DNA of 64,000 nt from Ginglymostoma cirratum (Eukaryota): assembly GCA_024137785.1 (NCBI GenBank), contig JAHRHZ010000045.1:21251288-21315287 (forward strand), given 5' to 3'. Within the stretch, counting starts at the first letter, position 1; each line of letters begins with the position of its first letter. Position numbers and translations under genes: made by a program. The notes beneath the pieces are model-generated. The model searched no databases. It was not told the DNA's origin and saw nothing but the letters and a program-made list of their open reading frames with translations. Positions 51,901-61,867 of this stretch are shown piece by piece.

Positions 51901-54477
51901 ACCACGGTCTCCTTGAGGGCATTTGGGGATGGACAACAGATGCTCGTCTTGTCAGCAATGCACACATCCCATGAAAGATTTTTTAAAAATCTGTTCTTGT
52001 ATAATACAAGTCGAATGTGACTTAACCAGTCATTGTGAAATAGTTTCCATGTACCATTTATGGTTGTCAGACCCCAGGGAGATAACTTTAGTCAGTGAAT
52101 CATCCTGCACATCAGATGTTGATATTCGTATTTCCATCAACCGTACATCTGCTCATGTGCTTCGTTATTCCTTAATCAGAAAGATAATGTTCTTTCTTTC
52201 CCCTATGTGATTTTTTTATGCATGTCTCTGAGATGTAGGAACTTTTTATGCCTAAAGCACGTGGTCCCTGAGCTCCATTTTGTTTCTACTATTTCATTCA
52301 TACTACTTCATTCATTTCTAATGAATGAAGAGTGTCATTTCTATAAACAGATAGTAAAGAACAGTTATGGGTAACAGGAGTATTATCCTGTCTGCTCTTG
52401 TTTTTTTTCAATTTCCTCCTGAGCAGTAAAGGAGCTCATGGATTCCAAGGATATGCAACAATCACCTCCTTATGTATAATGCATACCAATTTGATGGTAC
52501 ATCTTGATCCCTGACTCCAAATAATATGTGTTCATTCTGCTCCATCTCTTAATCTCTTACACAAACATTCAGGTTTGGCTCTATTAACTACTTATTTCTT
52601 TTGTTGGGCTATGATCCTCATTACCCAGAATGACTATTTCTATTAGTGCTGCTACACCAAGTCTTTCCCTCTGCTGGTATTTTTCTTCCCAACTCACCAT
52701 GTATCTTCAAGGCATTAGGGCCCATTTGTAGTGTCATTTCTACTGTATATTTATTGGCCACTCTCCTCAGTTAGTGGCTGAAAATTCTGACCTGTCTTAA
52801 TTTCAGTGGCAGCACAACTTTGGTTCTTGTAAATTACTAAACACTTTTGAGTACCTTCAAAATTGCCAACAAGGTTGTTTATGCAGTGCCTATGCTAGTC
52901 TGAGTTTTAAGGATAAGTACACTTAAGATGGGTATTTTCTAATGTGTATTTGTTGATGCTGTCTGTGACTCAGCTTAAATATCATACTTCACTGTAATCT
53001 GTTTGGCTCTTTACCGTACAAGATATTACTTGCACTGTTGGATGTATGTTTTCTGTTGTGAATTCTGTGATGAGTCATGTGAGTGATGACAAAAGATATA
53101 TAACCTACTTTGCACTCTCACAATTGGAGTAAGATCCAATGTGACATGAAATGAAATAAGTCTCTCCTTGTTTTTATATACCTTTTTATATATCAGAAGT
53201 GCTGCTGAAAGCCTGACAAGTTCAGCTGTTTAAAATTTTCAGTAACTTTGTTTTTCTGCTTCAGTTCAGGAAATGGCAGATAAAATTTCCAGTGTTTAGG
53301 TTTGTAGTCAGAACTTGCTTGTGCCTTGTTATTTTATTTGACTACACACCATCCTGATGAGCTGTTCATGAATGACTTTTTGTAAATTGCTGTGGATTTA
53401 GCTTGCATGCATGTTTTGTTGAATTATTAAATAGCCCTTAAATTGCCTGATAAAGTATTCAACGGAATCATCTTTAGATCAGAAGTGCTTGCCTGCTTGA
53501 CCTCTCTTAGGTTTTACATGTGACTCTTTTGGAGGTGCCTTCACATTGCAATGCTCTGTCTACTCTTTATGACAGCTTCTCATGAAGATGCCGAGGCTTC
53601 AGAGTTGCCAGCCCTTTACTAGGCTAGCACCACTGGGAGACTGCCCAAGGCATTGAGCTATTAGGAGCCTTTCTGAAGGAATATTACCAAGCTAGTCTGA
53701 TTGTCGACAAGCTGTTCTGGAATCTCTCTTTTTGCTCTGAAGATGGGACCAATTATTTTTGAGACTGTTACAGATTACGTATTATGTGGGCAGGATGTAA
53801 GATGTTTGAAGTGAGATGCCCCGAGGAACATTATTAAAGAACAACAACAAAACAAGACTAGGACCATTGAAATTGTGTAGTCGAAAGTGAAGCTAAACAG
53901 TTGATGCATAGACCGGTGAATCAGAGCAAAAAAAAAGCCGTGCGCCACCTGTGATTGATCTGATGCTTTTTTCAGTAGACTTGCATTTGATCAGATTCAC
54001 GTTATGAATTGCAATTGAAAAGATAGACACGTTCACAGGAAGTAAGAAACTTCTGAGTTTTTCCTTTCTATCTGGGTTTTTGTTGACATCATTTTAAGTG
54101 TTTTATGAAACAAGTGTAGAGGGAAACAGTGATTGATATTTTGTCTTTAGTGTTGTCATTATTGACTTACAAATCTTCAGCTATTCTCCTCAACATTCAT
54201 CACATTAATTAGTGTTAGTTGTGGTTTGAAAACATGGTGCACAACAGATTAAGAAAGTGAACTCAATAAACAAGTGGTTGTTCACATAATTGGAATGCAG
54301 GCATATAACGTCCCTTGATGCACTATTACTAAGACGGATCAGTCTGATTAATCTTGTTTGTTACAGACCAGCAATCACCTCCTTGGCCCCAAACCATTCC
54401 CACTGGATAGGTTGTTGGCAATTTTCTACAGCATTGTTGATAGCAGAGTGACTCCCACTGCAAATATTTTCTCTCAG
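6817..54477 (+). CDS. ORC5: Origin recognition complex subunit 5, spliced CDS, 12 coding exons, 3'-incomplete
   Basis: Twelve GT-AG exons (111+93+204+75+112+131+49+91+53+113+48+111 = 1191 nt) join in one frame with matching phases. The translation follows vertebrate ORC5 as recalled: Walker A GHTATGKT, Walker B region [65 protein letters not shown]. Confidence 0.97.
7735..7827 (+). CDS. ORC5: ORC5 coding exon 2 (Walker A)
   Basis: [31 protein letters not shown]; ccttccag| and |gtaaga. Confidence 0.96.
9615..10015 (-). mobile_element. Decayed Deu-domain SINE (SacSINE1/AmnSINE1-like)
   Basis: cacctgagagggtagattggccctcaatttaacatatcatctgaag...tttgacagc resembles the reverse-complemented Deu domain as recalled; L2-like tail cccaaagtgcttcaca; tRNA-like head ttgaattcacaacgttctg. 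Confidence 0.6.
10558..10724. mobile_element. Inverted-repeat mini-element (family C) with a decayed hammerhead
   Basis: agtcagaagtcacatgacaccagg and cctggtggcatgtaacttctgact are inverted arms; ccagatgaaggagtagcactccaaaaactt is a decayed HHR; TSD CTGAA(A/T)TTTCCTG at 10545-10557 and 10725-10737. Confidence 0.7.
11095..12707 (+). mobile_element. Penelope-like retroelement (Poseidon-type), 5'-truncated, inactivated RT plus GIY-YIG
   Basis: [78 protein letters not shown]. The YVDD segment is deleted and there are frameshifts. TSD TTCTACTTTT at 11085-11094 and 12708-12717. Confidence 0.92.
12627..12668 (+). ncRNA. Minimal type I hammerhead ribozyme motif in the Poseidon pLTR
   Basis: TGCA-CTGATGA-T-GTTACCC-agca-GGGTAAT-GAAA-CG-TC-TGCG: core intact, 7-bp stem II, 4-bp stem I, palindromic ACGT in place of stem III; predicted cut after 12664. 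Confidence 0.75.
13745..13870 (-). mobile_element. Solo Poseidon pLTR with a mutated hammerhead (CTAATGA, GAAACATC)
   Basis: Reverse complement of about 12610-12700, extended by the tail also seen at 11097-11133. Confidence 0.85.
13900..14085 (-). mobile_element. CR1 LINE 3' end
   Basis: tacagcatggaaacaggccctttggtccaac...acccttcctattc; reverse complement of the CR1 tail at 57040-57330. Confidence 0.75.
14699..14902 (+). CDS. ORC5: ORC5 coding exon 3
   Basis: [25 protein letters not shown]...NLRNQTVYI; ctttacag| and |gtaagt. Confidence 0.96.
16500..16870 (-). mobile_element. Decayed RTE fragment interrupted by a tRNA-SINE
   Basis: [24 protein letters not shown] is an RTE-type motif; the SINE lies at about 16755-16830. 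Confidence 0.55.
17619..17693 (+). CDS. ORC5: ORC5 coding exon 4
   Basis: [25 protein letters not shown]; cattcaag| and |gtaagt. Confidence 0.95.
18330..18870 (+). mobile_element. Decayed L2-like LINE fragment
   Basis: gactattccattgttctc...atcactcctgtgcttactgacctacactg (DYS...ITPVLTDLH) is typical of the L2 RT C-terminus; L2-like 3' ends also near 5860-6160 and 32480-32815. Confidence 0.5.
19292..20572 (-). mobile_element. Neptune-type PLE remnant forming a long inverted repeat
   Basis: [30 protein letters not shown] (GIY-YIG); arms about 19292-19784 and 20043-20536; TSD GGTAAGAAAAGG at 19280-19291 and 20573-20584. Confidence 0.92.
19354..19387 (-). ncRNA. Minimal hammerhead ribozyme motif in a Neptune pLTR
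   Basis: Minus strand reads TTT-CTGAAGA-A-GGG-tctagg-CCC-GAAA-CG-TC-AAG; core intact, stem I only 3 bp. Confidence 0.6.
20635..20798. mobile_element. pLTR-like mini-element (family B), partially inverted
   Basis: Perfect 13-bp TSD GAAGAATGACAGT at 20622-20634 and 20799-20811. Confidence 0.8.
21895..22618 (-). mobile_element. CR1 LINE 3' fragment
   Basis: [48 protein letters not shown]. Confidence 0.85.
22620..25515 (-). mobile_element. Tx1-like (L1 clade) LINE, 5'-truncated, decayed ORF2 plus about 650 bp of 3' UTR
   Basis: [32 protein letters not shown]...[17 protein letters not shown]...[15 protein letters not shown] resembles Tx1 ORF2; [10 protein letters not shown] (decayed YADD) near 24925-24950. 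Confidence 0.85.
26569..30958 (-). mobile_element. Near full-length CR1 LINE, inactivated (5' UTR repeats, ORF1, ORF2 with APE and RT)
   Basis: ORF1 from about 30454: CSSC zinc-finger/leucine-zipper part, then an esterase-like region ([15 protein letters not shown]...DGLYLN..G). ORF2: [49 protein letters not shown]. (ATGTTCT)n-like tail at about 26569-26590. Confidence 0.95.
30640..30955. repeat. CpG-rich tandem repeat in the CR1 5' UTR (about 90-bp units, 180-bp higher-order period)
   Basis: cagcagtcccct(c/t)gcactctc starts at 30646, 30735, 30826 and 30915. Confidence 0.9.
32239..32373. mobile_element. Neptune pLTR mini-element with inverted ends
   Basis: aagtgtgg... and ...ccacactttgttatctc plus tail; TSD ACTTAATTTACA at 32227-32238 and 32374-32385. 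Confidence 0.82.
33709..33820 (+). CDS. ORC5: ORC5 coding exon 5
   Basis: [37 protein letters not shown]; gtttacag| and |gtacaa. Confidence 0.96.
33880..34580 (-). mobile_element. CR1 LINE fragment with internal deletions
   Basis: [20 protein letters not shown]...[10 protein letters not shown] plus RT C-terminal remnants. Confidence 0.8.
35475..35605 (+). CDS. ORC5: ORC5 coding exon 6
   Basis: (A)[43 protein letters not shown]; acttcag| and |gtaagt. Confidence 0.96.
35660..37473 (+). mobile_element. CR1 LINE, 5'-truncated decayed ORF2
   Basis: [56 protein letters not shown]; ends cctactcctgcacctattttctatgtttct. Confidence 0.92.
37525..37621 (+). mobile_element. 97-bp Neptune pLTR mini-insertion starting at the hammerhead
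   Basis: ttttctgaagaagtatctaggtctgaaacgtc...ccttgttatc; perfect 14-bp TSD TCAAATGTCTTGCA at 37511-37524 and 37622-37635. Confidence 0.85.
40360..42525 (-). mobile_element. Penelope-like retroelement (Neptune-type), 5'-truncated, with an inverted pLTR
   Basis: 401-aa ORF 40730..41935: [18 protein letters not shown], Cys-rich linker [24 protein letters not shown] (GIY-YIG). Inverted arms about 40360-40778 and 42072-42491. TSD TGCTGCCAGACCTT at 40346-40359 and 42526-42539. Confidence 0.95.
42396..42429 (+). ncRNA. Minimal hammerhead ribozyme motif in the inverted pLTR
   Basis: TTT-CTGATGA-A-GGG-tctcgg-CCC-GAAA-CG-TA-GAG; canonical CUGAUGA/GAAA core, weak stem I. Confidence 0.55.
42695..43002 (-). 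mobile_element. tRNA-derived SINE with a LINE-related tail
   Basis: Head on the minus strand: gtggtacaatggtaatgttactg...ggacatggatttaaatcc. Tail cagggatcagcaacaagtgctgaccctgccggcaatg resembles the LINE 3' ends near 49.9 and 51.9 kb. Confidence 0.6.
43473..43521 (+). CDS. ORC5: ORC5 coding exon 7
   Basis: [16 protein letters not shown]; tatttcag| and |gtaagt. Confidence 0.94.
44546..44636 (+). CDS. ORC5: ORC5 coding exon 8
   Basis: (A)[29 protein letters not shown]; acttatag| and |gtaatt. Confidence 0.95.
45575..45990 (+). mobile_element. LINE 3' fragment (CR1-group, clade uncertain), copy 1
   Basis: Aligns by eye with 49540-49990 and 51470-51990. Confidence 0.65.
46114..46166 (+). CDS. ORC5: ORC5 coding exon 9
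   Basis: (S)[17 protein letters not shown]; gtttcag| and |gtgaac. Confidence 0.88.
47461..47573 (+). CDS. ORC5: ORC5 coding exon 10
   Basis: (G)[37 protein letters not shown]; tgctcag| and |gtagtt. Confidence 0.96.
48250..48860 (+). mobile_element. Highly decayed CR1 fragments
   Basis: ggacttaaaggcagacaagtctccag and a CR1-like 3' end tctgtgctgtaatgac. Confidence 0.5.
49540..49990 (+). mobile_element. LINE 3' fragment, copy 2
   Basis: tgtgtaccacctacaagatgcactgca...caattagggatgggcaataaa followed by an A-rich end. Confidence 0.7.
50472..50586. mobile_element. Family B mini-element just upstream of an ORC5 acceptor
   Basis: aacagaaaattgctg... and ...cagcaatttctgtt are inverted arms, followed by the tail ctccagcatctgtaattc. 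Confidence 0.7.
50631..50678 (+). CDS. ORC5: ORC5 coding exon 11
   Basis: [16 protein letters not shown]; ttttccag| and |gtgatt. Confidence 0.94.
51470..51990 (+). mobile_element. LINE 3' fragment, copy 3
   Basis: Same family as 49540-49990. Confidence 0.7.
54367..54477 (+). CDS. ORC5: ORC5 coding exon 12
   Basis: [37 protein letters not shown]; tttgttacag| and |gtaagt. Confidence 0.96.
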
Positions 54478-54756
54478 GTAAGTTGGAATATGTGTTAACT
54501 AGTTCCATGGAGAAAAACTTGAAAAGGTTATAGTTTGAGTTGAAAAGGTTACAACATTCCATGAATGTGAAGCAGATCAGTCATAATCTTTTGAAAGCTT
54601 ATTGAAAAGTGAATTAAAAAGCATGTAATGCTAATGTTGCAAATGCTTGGTAATACTATACGTTATTGATTTTAATCTGATAATGAAACTTATTTTGTGA
54701 TCTGCACCATTCCATGTTCGATATCTGTTTAATCTAAATATACTTACTTTGCACAT

Positions 54757-56410
54757 TCTGATTTGATTTATTATTTTCTCATGTTCCGAGATACAGTGAA
54801 AAGTATTGTTTTGCATACTAACCAGACAAATCATAATTTACAGAAGTACTTCAGAGTAAGATACTAAATAAAAACCGAAAGAACTACAGATGTTGTAAAT
54901 CAGGAACAAAAGCAGAAGTTTCTGGAAAAGCTCAGCAGGTCTGGCAGCATCTGTGAAGAAAACATCAAAGTTAACTGTTTTTGTTACGTCAAAGTAAGAG
55001 TTCAGAATGCAGAGTATAGTGTTACAGCTGCAAAGAAGGTGCAGAGAAGGATCAACTCTAATGTTTGAGAGGTCCATTCATAAGCCTGGTAACAGCAGGG
55101 AAGAAGCTGTTTTTGAATCTCTTGGTACATGTTTCCAAACTTTCGTATCTTTTGTTTGATGGAAGAGGGTGGAAGAGTGTATTAACCTGGGCGGGAATGG
55201 TCCTTAATTATGTTGGCTGCTTTCCTGAGGCAGTGGGAAGTGTAGATGTAGTCAGTGGAAGGAAGGATGGTTTTTGTGATTGATTGGACTGCGTTCAAAA
55301 CTAATTTGTTGCAGTTTTAGACCATGAGCAGTTGCCATACCAAGCTGCGATGCATCCGGATAGGATGCTTTCTATGGTGCACCTATTAATATTGGTAACA
55401 GTTATTGTGGACATGCTGAATTTCCTTAGCCTTCTGAGGAAGTAGAGGCATTTGTGTGCTTTCTTGACTGTAGAGTCGATGTGGATGGCCCAGGATGGAT
55501 TGTTGGTGATAATTACTCCTAGGAACTTGAAGCTGTCGACCACTCCCACCTCAGCACTATCGATACAGACACAGGGGCGTATCCTCCACTCCACTTCCTG
55601 AAGCAGATAACAAGTTCATTTGTTTTGCTAAAATTGAGGGAGAGAGATTGTTGTCTTTACACCATGCCACTGAGCTGTCTTTTTCTTGCACTCTGTCTCG
55701 TCGTGTTTTGAGATCCGACCCACTGTAGTGGTGTCATCAGCAAATTTGCGAATGGAATTAGAGCTGAATTTGGCTACGTAGACCTGTATAGTAGGTGGCT
55801 GAGTACGCAGCCTTGAGGGGCCATGGTGTTGAGGATTATTGTGGAGAAGATGTTGTCACCCTATTCCTACCGATTGCAGCCTGCGGGCCAGGAAGTTGAG
55901 GATCCAATTGCAGGCTGCGGGGAGCAGAGTCCTAGGTTTCTGAGTTTATAGATGGATTTGGCAGGAATTATGGTATTGAAGGTGAGCTAAAGTCAGTAAA
56001 TAAGGGTTTGACATAGGTGTTCTCGTTATCCAGATGTTCCAGGGATCAGTGTAGGGCCAGGGAGATGGTGTCTGCTGTGGAACTATTGTGACGGTCGGCG
56101 AATTGTGGTGGATCAAGGCAGTCTGGAAGGTTGCAGTTGACGTGTGCCATTACTAACCTCCTGGAAGCATTTCATAATGCTGGATGTCACAACCACTGAG
56201 TAGTAATCATTGAGGTATGTTGCCTGATTTTTCTTTGGTACCGGGCTGATAGTGGCCTTCTTGAAGCAGGTAGCACTTCCCATCTTAGTAAGGAGAGGTT
56301 AAAGATGTCTGCAAATACTCCCGCCATGCAGGATCTGAGTGCACGACCAGGGACTCTATCTGGGCCAGTCGCTTTCTGGGAGTTCACTGTCAGGAAGGCT
56401 GATTTGTTTC
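54757..56410 (-). mobile_element. Rex1/Babar-clade LINE, 5'-truncated, interrupted by a family B mini-element (about 54865-54982)
   Basis: [80 protein letters not shown]. Confidence 0.88.
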
Positions 56411-56549
56411 CCAACCCCTCCGTCATTCTACAGCATGAGGACAAGCATAACTTAATAGAGCGAATGCAGGGCTTAGAAGCTTAATTGTATAATGTTCAAC
56501 AGCAGGCAGGGTAAGTGGGAGAGGGGAAAAAAGAACACCGAGATAGAAA

Positions 56550-56668
56550 GGAGTCTTCAGAACTGTTCTGAAAAAGGGTCACTGGATCAGAAATGTTGTC
56601 ATTGCTTTCTTTCCACAGATGCTGCCAGACCTGCTGAGTTTCCCCCGGAATTTCTGATTTTGTTTCAC
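56550..56668 (+). mobile_element. Family B mini-element
   Basis: cttcagaactgttctgaaaaagggtcactggatcagaaatgtt...gatgctgccagacctgctgag. Confidence 0.75.
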
Positions 56669-57039
56669 ACTTTTTAAAGTTTGACAAGCCTTCATGTAAC
56701 AACCTTATTCAGAACAATGAAAAAAAATTTAAATTCAAACAAAGAAAAACTGAGTGCGCTGAAATTAACAACAGTAGAGTCAACAGAATAACTTTCAAAG
56801 TAGAAAATCCATTCTAAATGCAATTCTGAAGGCACACACACAGCTGGATGAAACAAAACAAAAAGCAAAAGACAAATAACGCAACAAATACGTTGCTACT
56901 GATATTCGTGGAATGGCCCCATCATAGTACAAGTATGACTGTGTCTGAAGTGCTTACAGAAGGCAAAAGAATGGCAGAAGAATCAATATTCAGTCCCCTC
57001 ACATGAACTGAAAGATCACAGATCTCGTTATGAGAGTTC

Positions 57040-57330
57040 AAACATTCTTAAAACAAAAAAGCAATAATTTGTTTAAAGAGGACCTGAGGGGTAACTTTTT
57101 CACTTAGAGAGTGGTGCATGTATGGACCAAGCTGCCAGATGAAGTGGTGGAGGTGGGTACGCTTACAACATTTTAAAAGGCATCTGCTTGGGTATATGAA
57201 TAGGAAGGGTTTAGAGGGATATAGGCCAAATGTTGGCAAATGGGACTAAGTCAGTTTGGGATGTCTGGTCGGCATGGACGAATGGGACTGAAGGGTCAGT
57301 TTCTGTGCTGTATGATTCGAAGATTCTATT
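57040..57330 (+). mobile_element. CR1 LINE 3' end
   Basis: ggacctgaggggtaacttttt...ggactgaagggtcagtttctgtgctgtatgattc. Confidence 0.8.
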
Positions 57331-57939
57331 TAACTAGATTATCTGTGTAATATGCAGAATTATTATGCCAGTAAAGTGTGCCAGTTTGAATTAAAGGTAT
57401 CTAGGTGTATATTACCATATCATTGTTCAACAAATAGGAACAGTTTTTTAGTTTATTTTTCCAAAATGCTACAATGTATAGGTGTATACACTTCAAGAAA
57501 TGCAGATTGTGAGGTAAGTTTTCAAAATAGAGGTTAATTGTTATTGGTACACATGGATAGGTATACTGATGTTTTAGTAAATATATGAACCTGGTTGCTC
57601 CCAAATTCCTGACCACTTAAATGTTCAAATTGTGTTTAATGTGATAATTTTAGCTTCAAGATTAATTGACAACTTGCTGGCCTATGCTATTGAATTCATG
57701 CATTTTCTTAACTGTTTTTGCGGCTAACTGGTAGCCAATGCCTTAGAAAAACACAAATGTTTTAATTATGAAAAAAGGAGCTGCTGTGTTTTCAAAGAGG
57801 AGCAATAAGATCTCAACTATTGATACATTTAACTTGTAATTGCTCTAGGCAAACCTTTATGGTCCTAGCAACTCCAGGGAATTCACTGTTTCTTGGCTGC
57901 CAGTTTAAAACAACTTTTCAACCAACATGCTGTTTCTAA

Positions 57940-59480
57940 AAGTTGTTGTCATCGTTGGTGGTCCCTTGCAAATGCGGATGACTCTTCCACTCAGGGTGAG
58001 ACCGTAGTTGGCTGTACAGATCGATGCAACTACTGCAGGCTCTGTATGCTTGGGGCAGAAGGTGGTCACAGGAATGGGTAGGTGGGGCATTGGTGTGGCA
58101 GCGTGCACCTTTCGCTATTTTCACCTGGCTTCCGCTTTTTCCTCTGGCAAGCCTTGAGGTGCTCAATGCCTTCCCAGATGTTCCTCTTCCGTTGTGGACG
58201 GTCTTGGGCCTGTCATTCTCAGGTATCTGTGGGAATACTGCACTTCACCAGACAGGCCATGAAGGTATCACTGAAGTGCTTCCTCTGTCCACCTGAGGTT
58301 AGCTACCATTTTGAAGGTGGGAGTAGAGCATCTGCTTGGAAAGTCTTGTGTCAGTCATGCAGGCGACATACCCAGCCCCTCGTAGCCAGTCGAGCCTCGA
58401 TGCTGGAAACATTGGCCTGGTCAAGAGCACTGGTGTTGGAGCGTCTGTCTTCCCAGTGGATTCTCAGGATTATGCACAGGCAGCGTTGGTGGTACTGCTG
58501 CAGACAATCCATGTCTCAGAGCAGTATAGGAAGGCGGGGAACCACCGCAGCTGTAAACCACGATCTTGGTGTTGGATCTGACGTTGTCCTTAAGCACCCT
58601 TTTCCACAGGGGGCCACAGGCTGTGCTGGCATACTGGAGGTGATGCTTAATCACTTCTTTAATATCTGCTTTGGCTGACAGAACAGTCCTGAGGCATTGA
58701 AAGTGATCAACGGTCTGTAAGGCCTCCCCATGGACTTTGATGATTGTGGGTTCACTGCTCAATGCTAGGCCAAGTTGGGGTGGAGGACCTTCATCTTGCA
58801 GATATTCTGGGTGAGACCTATGCTCTCATATGCCTCTCTAGAGTGTCTGATAATGGTCTAGAATACGTCTTCTGAGATTGCAGAGAGGCAAGCGTAATCT
58901 GTGTACTGCAGCTTAATAACACTGGTTGGGATGACTTTAGTTTTAGCTTGAAAGCAGCGGAGGTTGGATAATTTCCTGCAGGTTCTGTAAGTTAGCTCCA
59001 CTCCAACAAGGTGCTTGTTGGCAGCAAGGTGAAGCATTGCAGCGAGGTAGATTGAGAATAGTGTTGGTGGCGATTGATGCAGGCCTGCTTGACACCAGAC
59101 AGGAATGAGGAATGGGTCAGCGGTGGAGCCATTTGTCATTACCATGGCTCCTATGTCATCGTTGAGCAGGTAAAGGATGATGACTAATTCCATTGCGCAA
59201 CCAAAGTGGAAAAGAATGCTCCATAATGCTTCCCGATTGACTATGTCAAAGGCCTTTGTTAGGTCGAAGAAGGCGGGTAGGCTCTTTTCTCTGCATTTCT
59301 CCTGCATCTGTTGCCTGGTGAAAATCATTTCCCTCGTGCCCCTCTGTGGTCAAAAGCCACACTGTGATTCCAGGAGGAGTTCTTCAGCCACAGGGAGGAG
59401 ACAGTTGAGGAGGTCCTTGACTGTGACTTTTCCAATGGTCAACAGTCGACTGTAGTTACCACAGTTGGGCTTGTTTCCTT
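57940..59480 (-). mobile_element. RTE-clade LINE, 5'-truncated and decayed
   Basis: MIFTRQQMQEKCREK, FFDLTKAFDIVNREALW, PTLFSIYLAAML, VDHFQCL..VLS; short (CAA/CGA)-like tail near 57942. Confidence 0.88.
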
Positions 59481-60655
59481 TTATTCTAAAACCATACCTG
59501 GTATTACAATAACATGCAATTTTCAAGATCTGAAATAGTTTTATTACTTTAAATTTAAGCTTTATATGAAGATTCCCCCATCTATCCTTTTGGTTTCCTT
59601 ATCACTGTTTTAATTGTTCAGTTTTATTTGTAAGTTTCTTGGTTTTCTTATGCTACTTCTCTTGGTAATCTTTGAATGCATTCAAATGCATTTTTTTTTA
59701 CACTAATGACTTTTTTATTGTTTTCTGTCTCGCTTTTCACATTCCCTTCCATATAATGCTTTTTTTTTAACTCTTCAAAACCATTGGGAAAAGCAGCAGA
59801 AAAGAAATTTGATTTCTGGCTTGGTGGAAAGCGACTAAGCCAGCAAACTCTCAAACCACTCCTGGAACTATCCTGGAGTTTAGAATTGTGTGAGTGGTTG
59901 TTGACAGCCACATGCTGATGTATTTCCGGTTGAGGATTGTTTTGAGTTGCTCAGGTGAAGAGACAAGGTTGCCTCATAATTTCTTATTAAAGAGCTGCAA
60001 TTAGTGACATGACAAACCACTTTCCCCCAACCTACCTACCTACCTACATGCTGTGTTAGTAGAAATCAGAATTTAGTAATTTAGGATGTGTGAAAAAACA
60101 TAGTTGGCATCATAAATTATATCTTTATAGAATAATGGATTCCTCTCACCTGGTGGATTAATCCCATTACAGAGACTTGTTCTCTGGACATGAAATGAGA
60201 GATCAGTTGTTTTAAGGACAGAAGTTCTCGGCTGAGAATAATTACCAGCTTCCTGAACTCCCATTGAAATGCTGTTGGTCAGCAAATGAAAAATAAGCAA
60301 TTTCTCTAAACAGCTGTCTTCTGTTTGTTTAGGCTGTTTGAAATAGGGAGCAATATGAATTTGGGTGTAGAGTTGACTATTTTTGGTGTACATAAAGTCT
60401 TTCTTTTCAAGTTTTAAATGTTGCATTAAACAGTTCTAACACTGAGTGGCACCATTGTGCTATGATTTGCAGAGCGTTATTCTCCAAGTGGTTTGTGGAA
60501 AAGAAATTTATTGACTAGCAATCCAGGAGATTACTTTGGAATTACATCCTCTGGGAGTCCATGCTACTAACCTTAGTGTGTTTTCATAATCAGTTGATAG
60601 CTCCTATCCTGCTAGCAAAGGTATCTAACATATAAAATAAGTCTCTGTTCCCCTA

Positions 60656-60767
60656 ACATAAACAAAACTGCTGGGAAACCTCAGCAGGTCTGACAGCATC
60701 TGTGGCGTAAAAATCAGAGTGAACATTTCGGATCCGATGACCCTTCCTCAGAACTGAAGTGTGTTTT
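60656..60767 (-). mobile_element. Family B mini-element with a hammerhead-like core
   Basis: Minus strand CTGAGGA-A-GGGTC-atcg-GATCC-GAAA-TG-TT; perfect 15-bp TSD GTCTCTGTTCCCCTA at 60641-60655 and 60768-60782. Confidence 0.85.
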
Positions 60768-61867
60768 GTCTCTGTTCCCCTACCCTGTCCTTTCTTTGTT
60801 TGGAATTGTAGTAAAGAGGCAGAATTTTAACTGATGAATCTGTGCAATAGGCAATTTGGAACTGGGCTTGTGGAACAGGTTTTGCCAGGCTCTAACTCAG
60901 CCATGACAGTAGCATCTTTTCTCTGGGTTTCCTGCCCATTTGGAGCAAATGGCCTGATCATGACCCACATCTGACTGCAATTCTCTTTCAATTAAGTTGA
61001 ATTTATTTGGATATTTGGACCTTGTATGAAAAGTCTGTGACGACAAAAATTCTTCACGTAAAGAATGTTAAAACACTGATGACTGGCAAAAGGATCGTAG
61101 TAGGAATAGAGCATTTGGTCACTTCAGCCTTCTGTGCCATTCATTGTGTCCATGGCTGTTTACCTACCTCATCTCTATTTTCCATTCTGCTCCTATGTTC
61201 AAAAGGAGACATTACCACACAGTTGAATGACTGATGAAACCAAAAGTCTGTCTGTGTTCAAAATTTGTGCGCAATCTAATAGTTTAAATGTCAGTACAGT
61301 CTGGAATTTTTAGATTTGAAATTTACTTAGTCCTTATATAACCTTAAACTCCATGATATATTCTTTCATAGACTCATTGTCCACCTTCTTAAGTTAGCCA
61401 GTGTTGTTCAAGCTTTGTAGGCTTCTAACAAGTTATCGTTTTTTGTAAATTTTGTCCATAGTTGTATTGGAATCTACAATTTCTCCTAAGTATCCAGGTC
61501 ACATATCTAGTCCTGGATATACTCTATTTCTGATTTTTAATTCTTGTTGGTGAGGATAAAACCATAGCCATACTTTGCCTCTTGGTTAGAGAAAGGACCT
61601 GAATCTATACCTGCGCTTTATTCTTCCACTGCTTGTGTGGTTCCAGTTCTGAAAACACTGATGAGTAATCAGAATTTGTGACCCTGCAGCATGACTTGGC
61701 CGTTTACCTTTGAAAAGCAACTGGGAGCTTTGCTTCTGTCAGAAGCAAGGATTACCTAGTGCATTCTTTGTCTACCAACTGATGTTAGCCCTCAGCTACT
61801 ATGTTTAACAGAGCAATATCCAATATTGAATTTGGCAGCAAGAAGATTTGAGATTTATAAGGGGTAG

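Noticed and set aside
58082-58678. 198-aa plus-strand ORF
   Set aside because: Antisense to the RTE ORF; no independent protein motifs
61676-61700. gtgaccctgcag (VTLQ) as the next ORC5 exon
   Set aside because: Only four residues match; the surrounding GHDDQLDGPKYKC-type sequence and a suitable acceptor are absent
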